Assembly: GCA_964035545.1 (NCBI GenBank)
Contig: OZ037768.1
Location: 15,731,875 to 15,795,874 of the forward strand
Length of the DNA stretch: 64,000 bases
Direction: 5' to 3'
From: Bugula neritina
Lineage: Eukaryota; Animalia; Bryozoa
The notes below the pieces were generated by a model, which was not told where the DNA came from, made no database searches, and saw only the letters and a list, made by a program, of their open reading frames with translations. Positions 54,656 through 62,821 of this stretch are shown piece after piece. Numbering within the stretch: the stretch's first letter is position 1; the number at the start of each line of letters is the position of its first letter. A program made the position numbers and the translations under genes.

Positions 54656-55066
54656 TGTAGTGAATTTTGCCAGTTCACTATTATTATTTGTGGGTCTACT
54701 TAATCAAAGCCACTGCGACAGGTTGTTTACGATAAGATACTTTTATTATTTACACAAATACAAGAAGGTTATTTACTGCTAGCATGAATAGAAAACGATT
54801 ACATAATTAGTGAGCTTCAATACACAACTGTTCTAAAAGAAGTCCCAAGCTGCTCTGCCGGTTAGCTACTCAGCGCACTGCAACTACGAGTAGCTAGCTC
54901 CACCTGCTATCAATTAGTGTCACTGTCCTGATTGGTGGCTACTAATGGTGCCACTACTGTCCATAGTTACACTCCGACAGTGTCGAACTCACAAGATACA
55001 TAAAACAGTATAGAGTAAACCTTTTCGATTAATCTAATAGGAATTGCACTACTAAAATCTATCACA
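54656..55066 (-). repeat. Putative 3' LTR of element B (~411 bp)
   Basis: On minus strand: TG start after a polypurine tract, CCAAT (~54931), AATAAA (~54742), CA end at 54656, flanked by ATAT. Boundaries cannot be confirmed without the partner LTR. Confidence 0.55.
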
Positions 55067-55190
55067 CTCTCCTCGCCTATCGAAAAGTACTCTCTAGACT
55101 TAATATTTACATGACAGTAACACACGAATAATAATGAGGGTAACATAGTGCTTTACAAAACTGAGGGTACAATTGAACAAGAGAAAATAT

Positions 55191-55497
55191 TGTGGTGGTT
55201 CGTGGAACTACCAGCAGCACAACATGTAGGGTCGCGTAATTGACCCGGAACAATGGATAGCCAATTAGCGTAGTTGATAGTTAGCAGCAATTGTAGTTTC
55301 CCGCTGCTAACTCAGTCGAAGCTAGAGTGTGAAATAGATTAGATGTGTAACTTGTTTGGAAATAATGTATCGTGTTTTTATAATGTATAGTTGTGTATAA
55401 AATATACTCGTTCACTCGACTTATCCTGGTGCAGCTCTATAGTAGATAAATAGACTCTCTGGATAGCACATCAACCCTAAATCTGAAAATCTTAACA
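55191..55497 (+). repeat. 5' LTR of element A
   Basis: TGTGGTGG...CTTAACA; direct repeat of 62392-62698. Confidence 0.97.
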
Positions 55498-55498
55498 G

Positions 55499-55516
55499 TG
55501 GTGGCAGCGGTGGGAT
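55499..55516 (+). other. Primer-binding site, tRNA-Leu
   Basis: TGGTGGCAGCGGTGGGAT, 1 nt after the LTR, complementary to the 3' 18 nt of animal tRNA-Leu(AAG/TAG-type) ...AUCCCACCGCUGCCACCA. Confidence 0.9.
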
Positions 55517-55528
55517 AGTGCATCCAAG

Positions 55529-56482
55529 ATGGAGACTGAAAATGCTGGAACTCAACCACCGGCAATCGAAGGTGAGCGTAGAGACAATGCTGTAGAGACA
55601 ATGCCTGTTAACCATGTAGTAGAAGAGCGAAGGGTTCCGCGAGAACTAGCTGAAGACCGCTACAGGTTAAAGGCGCCCACCTTCACGGGTGAAGAGGAGG
55701 TGGAACAATTTATCCAAGAGTTTAGCGACGTAATGGACGTCGCTCAGTGGCCCCCTAGGGTGGCCCTGCTGAAGCTTAGAATGGCATTGATGGACAAAGC
55801 CAAGCCCTATGGGCTGGGCGCAGACATTGATAATATCTTTGCTTCTCTGCGGGCCCGCTTTGGCCTCTCTGCTACAGATGCCAGGGCCCGATTGCAGAGG
55901 TTGCGGCGTGATCCCCGCACCCCGCTGCGGGAGCATGCCGCCGCGGTCATGAAGCTGGCACAGATCGCGTACAGCGACTTGCCCCCAGTCAACCGCGAGA
56001 GGTACACCCTCGACGCTTTCATAGCATCTGTCGACGATCTGGGTCTCCACCACCAGTTTCTAGCTAGGGGAGTCACCACCGTTGAAGATGCTCTGACTGA
56101 GGGGGAAGCTTACCTCCTAGCTAATCAAATGCATAAAAGTCGCGGAAGCTCCCGCCAAGTGGAGATAGACCGCGCAGACACGGCCGCGGGACAAGGGGAA
56201 GAAACCCCCGCCGCGGCTGCCGTGTCCCAGTTGGCGACGGCATCAAAAGTCACTCAACTGACGGACATGCTAGCCAAGCTGATAGCAACACTGACACCAC
56301 AAAACCCAGTGAGTACCGCCCCTGAGCCCATGCGGCCATCGGCGCCGCCACAGGGAGAAACAGTCAGTTTTTGCTGGGAGTGCGGAAATCAAGGACATTT
56401 CCGCCGATATTGTCCCTTCCTAAATCAGGGGTTAAACTACCGCGGCCCGCAGATGTTCCCACCTTCCGCGGGCCGACGATGA
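55529..56482 (+). CDS. gag: Gag (capsid + CCHC nucleocapsid knuckle), 317 aa
   Basis: ATG just after the PBS; PTFTG..F..F....W capsid-type motif; CWECGNQGHFRRYC zinc knuckle. Confidence 0.93.
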   Translation: METENAGTQPPAIEGERRDNAVETMPVNHVVEERRVPRELAEDRYRLKAPTFTGEEEVEQFIQEFSDVMDVAQWPPRVALLKLRMALMDKAKPYGLGADIDNIFASLRARFGLSATDARARLQRLRRDPRTPLREHAAAVMKLAQIAYSDLPPVNRERYTLDAFIASVDDLGLHHQFLARGVTTVEDALTEGEAYLLANQMHKSRGSSRQVEIDRADTAAGQGEETPAAAAVSQLATASKVTQLTDMLAKLIATLTPQNPVSTAPEPMRPSAPPQGETVSFCWECGNQGHFRRYCPFLNQGLNYRGPQMFPPSAGRR

Positions 56483-59400
56483 AACCTCTAGGGAAGAAGA
56501 AACGCAGGTCACCCAGACGGGTACCGCGTACTGGCAACCAACAGTGGCAACAGCCACGACGGACCAGCAAGGGGCTTCGCCCCGCGGCTGCCTTTTCTAT
56601 GCCCCTTCACAACAGATTCACAGGGCTACAAGTCCAAGAATCTGGATGGGAGCACACAAAGGTAGCTGAGAATCTAGCCTCGGCACCCCCGAGGCCTACC
56701 TATCACCGCCCCAAGAGACCTCCTTCGCGACCCAAAGCGAGGGAGGTACTCCCTGCGAGAGTAAGGCCTGAAGGGAGAGTTCAGGTGCAGCCCCATGAGA
56801 ACAGCTATTTCTTGCCCGGTAAACTGGAAGGCAAAGCTGTTACTTTTCTCATTGATTCGGGCTGTACCACAAACCTCTTAAGCCGCCAACTCTTCGACAC
56901 CCTCAGCGCTAGGGTCAGGGGCGAGATGGAAGCATACGAAGGGGAATACGGCACCCTAGCTGACGGGTCGTGCCTTCCCTTCTATGGTATAATTGAGCTG
57001 ACGGGACGAGTCCGCGATCAAACGATCCAAGAGACATTCATCGTCAGTCAGCTCAAGGAGGATGCTATCCTCGGGATGCCGTTCCTTAAACGGCACGGAT
57101 GTCACATAGATTTTAGCAGATCTGCAATGATGATGTCCGGGCGAGAACTCGCCTGCGTCGACAAGTTCGGCCGCCCTTTAGTGGGAGGTGTGCAAGTGGT
57201 ACGCAACCGTACCATACCAGGCCGCTCCCGGGCTACCATTCACTGCAGGGTGAATAGTAGCCGGATCTCTGGACTCGGGGTGGTTGAAGGCGCGCACGAA
57301 AAGATCCAACTTGCCAGCAGTCTGAATCAGCTGACTGAGCAAGGGGAGATCTTAGTGCAGTGCGTCAACCCCTTTACCGAGCCTATCAAGCTCCCGGCTG
57401 GGTCGATGCTGGGCCGTTTTCACTCTGTTCAGGAGGGAGACGTAGGCCCGTCGCTGGGTGATGCGACAGAGGCACTCCCTCGACACCCTATTCAGGGACG
57501 AGGGGCAGTCCCAACACATCTCCGGGAGTTATATGAAACAGCCAGTGGCGGCTGCGCGAGTAACCGGGAACGCCAAGCTATGGCTAAGTTACTACGCGAC
57601 TACGGTGATGTGTTCAGCAGCGGGGAGCATGACGTGGGACTGACTGGAATTGTCAGACACGAAATACCGCTGACTGCAGGGACAGTCCCTGTCCGGCAGC
57701 CCACCCGCAGGCTGGGGCCGGAGAAAGAGAAGGAGGTTAGCCGACAAGTACGGGATCTTCTGGACCGGGGACTGATAGAGCCCGCCCATAGTGCGTGGAG
57801 CTCGCCAGTCGTACTGGTCCGGAAGAAAGACGGCAGTTGGCGGTTCTGTGTGGACTACCGCAAACTCAATAGCGTAACCATACAGGACGCCTACCCTCTA
57901 CCTCGTATTGACGAGTCATTGGACGCCCTAGCCGGCAGCAAGTACTTCAGTACGTTAGACTTGCTAAGCGGCTATTGGCAAGTTCCTCTGAGTCCCGACG
58001 CCCAGGAGAAAGCGGCGTTTATCACACGGGACGGTTTGTGGAAGTGGAAGGTGCTGCCCTTCGGGTTAACCTCCGCCCCAGCCACCTTCCAGAGGCTGAT
58101 GGAACAAGTCCTTAGCGGACTCCATTGGAAGACACTGCTGGTCTACCTCGATGATGTCATCGTAATCTCTCCAGACTTCGAGACACATGTCAGTCGTCTG
58201 CAGGAGGTTTTCGAGAGACTCCGAGGTGCCGGTCTTAAGCTCAAACCTTCCAAGTGCGCTCTATTGCAGCCGGAGGTCAAGTACCTGGGGCACGTTGTCG
58301 GTCGAAACGGCGTGGCAACGGATCCCGAAAAGGTACGGGCGGTAGAAGACTGGGTCACCCCCCAAGACTTGACCGAACTCCGGGCTTTCTTGGGGCTGGT
58401 AGGGTATTACAGGCAATACATACCAGACTTTGCGGGCATAGCCCAGCCGTTAAACCGGCTCACCGCAAAGGGAGTGACGTGGCAGTGGACTCCAGTCGAA
58501 CAAGAAGCGTTCGACCGCCTCAAGGGCTGCCTACTAACGGCGCCCATCTTGGCCTACCCAGACCCCACTCTGGAGTACATCCTTGACACGGACGCCAGTG
58601 ACCAGAATGTTGGCGCTGTGCTGTCACAAGTGCAGGAAGGCCAAGAGGTAGTAGTAGCCTACTACAGCAAGTCTCTCTCACCCGCTGAACGAAATTACTG
58701 CACTACCCGCAAGGAGCTGCTGGCAGTAATCAAGTCAGTGAAGCACTTCAGACCATACCTATATGGCAGGAAGTTCCGGCTGCGTACGGATCATGCCTCG
58801 CTGATCTGGTTGTGCAGGAGAGCAGAGCCCTCTAGTCAGGTCGCTCGGTGGCTCGAAATCCTAGCTGAATTCTCGTACCGGATCGAACACCGACCGGGCA
58901 AGAGACACAGCAATGCGGATGGGTTGAGTCGCCGACCTGACGGAGGTTGCAAACAGTGTCTCAACATCGAGAGGAGGGATGGAGGTCCCCCACGATGCGA
59001 GTTGGAGACGCTGGCTCATCACGGAGCACCGTTTGATTGGGATCAAGGTCAACTCAGGCAAAGAGTTGATGAGTCCCCGGAGGATGTACAAAACCTCCGC
59101 GCCAACCCTGTACTGGCTGGTAATGTTCGAGAGCTGAAGAAGCTCCAAGAAGAGCTGCCTGGAGTCGTGGCAGACATATACCGGGCCAAAAGGGAAGGGC
59201 GACGACCCAGCGAGGAACGCATACGACAGGGATGCGCCGAGTTCCGGCTATACTGTCAGCGTTGGGACTCGCTGCGGATCGGGCAGGATGGGTTGCTAAC
59301 CATCTCTCTAGCTGCCAGCGGCAGACACCCGGAAAGGAAGAGGGTAGTCTGCCCCACAGCCATCCGCCGTGAGTTGATTTGGGATACTCACAAGCAGGCC

Positions 59401-61002
59401 CACGCAGGGGTCAAGCGAGTGATGTCCAAATTACGACTTCGGTGGTATTGGCCACAAATGGAGCGTGATGTCCGGCTCAGAGTCAAACAGTGTGAGATCT
59501 GCCAGGCCAGTAAGCATAGCCGCCCCCCTGGTGAAGCAGGACGGCGGAGGCTATACGCTGGTAGGCCCTGGCAAGTAGTCGCTGTAGACCTGGTCGGACC
59601 CATGCCCCTGACCCCCAGAGGCAATAATTGGATCCTAGTACTAACCGACCACTTTACTAGGTGGGCGGATGCTCTGGCTATCCCAGACGCATCAGCCCCA
59701 ACAGTGGCCAGGGCACTAGACCAACACGTATTCTGTTATTTTGGGCTCCCCGAACAGATACACTCTGATCAAGGCGCTCAATTCCAGTCTCAACTGATGA
59801 GCGACCTTTGCCGCCTCTGGGGAGTAAATCAGAGCAGGACCACCCCCTACCACCCTCAAGGTAACGGGGTGGTGGAGCGCAACAACCGGATGCTAGGTGA
59901 TGCACTCCGGAGTCTCCTCCTTGGACGAGGTCAAGAGGAATGGGATACGGTGTTGCCGCAAGTCATGCGTGCATACCGTAGCACCCCACACACCAGTACT
60001 GGTGAGACCCCAAACCTCTTGATGCTCGGGAGAGAGACTCGTGTCCCCGACCATCTCACCTATCACGTTCCAGAGCAAGATAACTCAGTCCACGAGTATG
60101 CCAGTGAACTAGTGGAACGGATGAAGGCCGCACACGAGATACTGCGCCAACAGCAGTGGAAGGTGCGGCACGAAGATTCCGATGAACCACCCCTCTATCA
60201 GAGGGGAGATAAGGTGTGGATGGTCAATTACCGTAGGCGCCGCGGACAGGCTGATAAGCTGAAGCCTAAGTTCGTAGGCCCCTACGTGGTTGTCGAGGCT
60301 ATGCCCAATCATACGTACAAGATTGAGCGCTCAGGACAGGTGTCTATCCAGAATGAGTCTCGCTTGAAACCGTATTGGGCTAGCCCCGGCGGAGTGGGAG
60401 AAGCCCCCCCGTTGTTAGAGCTCAGGAGGCAGACAACAACGCGCGGGCGACGGCGGCATGGACCTGAATACGAAGTGGTCATACCGCGGGAGGAAAACTT
60501 GGTGAGAGAGGAGCGGCAGCTTTTGTCAACAGAAGCGTGTCCGCCACCGCCAAGTCTAATTCCATCACTTCCAGAAACCGAGCCGGTTCCGGAAGTGCAA
60601 ACCCCCACGGAGGGAGGGGCTCCATCCGGAGAACAAGAAGAGGTGACTGCTGACGGTGAAGTAGAGACGCCATTAGAGGCCCCTACTAACGAACCGGCAA
60701 GCGTGTCACCCCCCCTAGAAAGGGGACAGCGTACGAGGCAACCCCCCGCATACTTGAAGGACTTCGTATGTGACTGCGTTAAAAGCGGCACGCATGGAAG
60801 TCTAGGGGAAAACCGTACGAGAAAAGAATCGAGCAAATGTGGGAGTTGTCAACACCACGGAAATATCAACTTTTGCATCGGCGGAAATAGAAATAAAATT
60901 CATCCGCCGGGTGCACAAAGTCTTAATCACGCACCCCAACCACGTTGCTCGATCTTTTCATACGCTGATGCAGTCAGGAGTAGACGTGTTTCTAAGCAGT
61001 AG
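56371..61002 (+). CDS. pol: Pol polyprotein (protease, RT, RNase H, integrase), -1 frame relative to gag
   Basis: FLIDSG protease; RFCVDYRKLN, LPFGL, YLDD RT; DTDAS..TDH..ADGLSR RNase H; H..H..CEIC, VAVD..HSDQG..VERNN integrase; KFVGPY GPY/F motif. The ORF-track start is not an ATG. Confidence 0.97.
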   Translation: MLGVRKSRTFPPILSLPKSGVKLPRPADVPTFRGPTMKPLGKKKRRSPRRVPRTGNQQWQQPRRTSKGLRPAAAFSMPLHNRFTGLQVQESGWEHTKVAENLASAPPRPTYHRPKRPPSRPKAREVLPARVRPEGRVQVQPHENSYFLPGKLEGKAVTFLIDSGCTTNLLSRQLFDTLSARVRGEMEAYEGEYGTLADGSCLPFYGIIELTGRVRDQTIQETFIVSQLKEDAILGMPFLKRHGCHIDFSRSAMMMSGRELACVDKFGRPLVGGVQVVRNRTIPGRSRATIHCRVNSSRISGLGVVEGAHEKIQLASSLNQLTEQGEILVQCVNPFTEPIKLPAGSMLGRFHSVQEGDVGPSLGDATEALPRHPIQGRGAVPTHLRELYETASGGCASNRERQAMAKLLRDYGDVFSSGEHDVGLTGIVRHEIPLTAGTVPVRQPTRRLGPEKEKEVSRQVRDLLDRGLIEPAHSAWSSPVVLVRKKDGSWRFCVDYRKLNSVTIQDAYPLPRIDESLDALAGSKYFSTLDLLSGYWQVPLSPDAQEKAAFITRDGLWKWKVLPFGLTSAPATFQRLMEQVLSGLHWKTLLVYLDDVIVISPDFETHVSRLQEVFERLRGAGLKLKPSKCALLQPEVKYLGHVVGRNGVATDPEKVRAVEDWVTPQDLTELRAFLGLVGYYRQYIPDFAGIAQPLNRLTAKGVTWQWTPVEQEAFDRLKGCLLTAPILAYPDPTLEYILDTDASDQNVGAVLSQVQEGQEVVVAYYSKSLSPAERNYCTTRKELLAVIKSVKHFRPYLYGRKFRLRTDHASLIWLCRRAEPSSQVARWLEILAEFSYRIEHRPGKRHSNADGLSRRPDGGCKQCLNIERRDGGPPRCELETLAHHGAPFDWDQGQLRQRVDESPEDVQNLRANPVLAGNVRELKKLQEELPGVVADIYRAKREGRRPSEERIRQGCAEFRLYCQRWDSLRIGQDGLLTISLAASGRHPERKRVVCPTAIRRELIWDTHKQAHAGVKRVMSKLRLRWYWPQMERDVRLRVKQCEICQASKHSRPPGEAGRRRLYAGRPWQVVAVDLVGPMPLTPRGNNWILVLTDHFTRWADALAIPDASAPTVARALDQHVFCYFGLPEQIHSDQGAQFQSQLMSDLCRLWGVNQSRTTPYHPQGNGVVERNNRMLGDALRSLLLGRGQEEWDTVLPQVMRAYRSTPHTSTGETPNLLMLGRETRVPDHLTYHVPEQDNSVHEYASELVERMKAAHEILRQQQWKVRHEDSDEPPLYQRGDKVWMVNYRRRRGQADKLKPKFVGPYVVVEAMPNHTYKIERSGQVSIQNESRLKPYWASPGGVGEAPPLLELRRQTTTRGRRRHGPEYEVVIPREENLVREERQLLSTEACPPPPSLIPSLPETEPVPEVQTPTEGGAPSGEQEEVTADGEVETPLEAPTNEPASVSPPLERGQRTRQPPAYLKDFVCDCVKSGTHGSLGENRTRKESSKCGSCQHHGNINFCIGGNRNKIHPPGAQSLNHAPQPRCSIFSYADAVRSRRVSKQ
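56431..56495 (+). other. Candidate -1 ribosomal frameshift signal
   Basis: G_TTA_AAC in the gag frame, 5-nt spacer, 8-bp all-GC stem 56443-50/56468-75; loop TTCCC can pair with GGGAA at 56491-95. Confidence 0.75.
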
Positions 61003-61026
61003 TTCAAACCATTTCACACATTCAGT

Positions 61027-62104
61027 ATGTCTTACGACAACAGATCGTGGGGTGAGTTAACTATATCTTAATACGAAACTAGATTGCATCGCTCAGCTCT
61101 GACTCACTGAGTCAATCGAGCTGGAGATAGGTTAGTGAAATACCGTAGTAAGAACTCAGTTTGACTTAGAGATTTTTATAATCTCATTGCAATACGTGTT
61201 CTATCTGACTATTCACTACCATAAATCTCTACGAGGTAACTGAATTAGGAGTTGCCAAGCTGTTCAAGCTGACAACACAGCAGTGTACTGTATTAACACT
61301 GTTGAAACTTTTTCAGATTACACTCGACCCGCTACAACCAGGGTACGGGATAGAACACTTCCCGCTCCGTATCCAGAGGAGTATGCTAGTGGTGACCGGC
61401 CTGAGCCACTACGCCGCCGTTGGCGGTGGGTGTCTCCACAAACAGAAGAAGAAATAGAAACAGCCTGGGGGTCCAGAGGATGGACGAGATGCCAGATCTG
61501 TGGTGAAGATTGCGCCTCTCACCGCTCCCTTAAACTACACGTCAATGCTCATCTCCTACTGACATTCTGCCCCTGCGGGTACAATGATGTGTATCCCTAC
61601 CCCATCACCAGACACAGAGCGGCGGGCTGTTTCCCTGGAGAAAACTACGTGGTCGACGCTAAGCTATACCCGGAGTTCCTCGCACTTATACGACCTCTGG
61701 TGAAGAAGGCCATGCTATTAGCCGTTCTGTCCTCGGGGTTCCAACGTGTGTTAGACAACGCCCGCCAACAATCCCCGTTGGTGTCTGACCGTCCTCAAAT
61801 TACATACACCCCCGAGGAAATTACAGATCCAGAAGAAGGAGAGATCTCCCCTACACCGGCGAAGAGACGAACCAGGTCCCCCAGTCCACCCTTGCGCCGC
61901 AGACGGACACCGTCCCCAGACCCAGTACGCCTGGCTACAGTAGAAGAACGCCTCCTACGATTACAAGAAGAGTTCACCCAGCTGGCACCAGATCTACTTA
62001 ACACTACCACAGGACTCTTCCAGCTAAAGGGATCCGTATGCCGTATGAAACGGAAACTGCGTACATGCCAAGCCAAGCACCGGCGTGCCCAACAAGGACT
62101 CTAG
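61027..62104 (+). CDS. Element A ORF3: predicted two-exon (61027-61051 + 61317-62104), 270-aa zinc-finger / Arg-Ser-Pro / coiled-coil protein
   Basis: ATG TCT ... TGG G|GTGAGT donor and TTTTTCAG|AT acceptor join in phase 1 (MSYDNRSW-D-YTRP...); CQIC-x12-H-x3-H then FCPCG..H..C; no signal peptide or TM segment. Confidence 0.8.
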
Positions 62105-62391
62105 TTAGACTACCCGGAGTACTCCAACTCCGCCTCTTGGGAGAAGCCCAGATGTCATGTAAATGTTTGACTGCTTAACAGGTTATCCCCTGTCTAACAC
62201 CACAGCTAGCTAGTATTCCTCGTCTATCTACAGCTGGCCAATTGTATGCAACGGATCGTTATAATGACTCTGTCTATTATTATGTCTCTTCCTGTATATT
62301 ATGTATTATTTTGTCCACTGATGTATGCAATTACTATTGAATGTTTTTTTATATATATATCAGAAAGATGGCTTTCTGCTGGTGGGGGCGG

Positions 62392-62698
62392 TGTGGTGGT
62401 TCGTGGAACTACCAGCAGCACAACATGTAGGGTCGCGTAATTGACCCGGAACAATGGATAGCCAATTAGCGTAGTTGATAGTTAGCAGCAATTGTAGTTT
62501 CCCGCTGCTAACTCAGTCGAAGCTAGAGTGTGAAATAGATTAGATGTGTAACTTGTTTGGAAATAATGTATCGTGTTGTTATAATGTATAGTTGTGTATA
62601 AAATATACTCGTTCACTCGACTTATCCTGGTGCAGTTCTATAGTAGATAAATAGACTCTCTGGATAGCACATCAACCCTAAATCTGAAAATCTTAACA
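62392..62698 (+). repeat. 3' LTR of element A
   Basis: 305/307 identical to the 5' LTR; preceded by GGTGGGGGCGG (imperfect PPT). Confidence 0.97.
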
Positions 62699-62821
62699 AT
62701 ATATATACAGAGTAGATAACATAAGTATAATAAATGAGTCTTCACGCCGTAGTCCATAACACTTATTTACACTGCTTGACTAGCCAGGAGGGGGGGGGTA
62801 CATGTGTAGGTGGCCGCACCT

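Larger units (their letters stand above)
55191..62698 (+). mobile_element. Full-length young Ty3/gypsy LTR retrotransposon (element A): gag, pol and a spliced accessory ORF3
   Basis: 307-bp TG...CA LTRs differing at 2 positions; 4-bp TSD ATAT (55187-90, 62699-702); PBS; G-rich tract before the 3' LTR; uninterrupted gag and pol with PR-RT-RH-IN order. Confidence 0.97.

Noticed and set aside
60309-60836. 175-aa antisense ORF and other shadow ORFs within gag/pol
   Set aside because: Expected by-products of GC-rich coding sequence; no motifs.
61011-61060. TTCAG at 61025 as an acceptor for a three-exon gag-leader/ORF3 fusion
   Set aside because: Joining 55571 to 61026 puts the 61051 donor in phase 0, out of frame with exon 2.
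61283-62104. ORF3 as an envelope gene, or starting at the ORF-track GTG (61283)
   Set aside because: No signal peptide, TM helix or fusion-protein features; the GTG lies inside the predicted intron.
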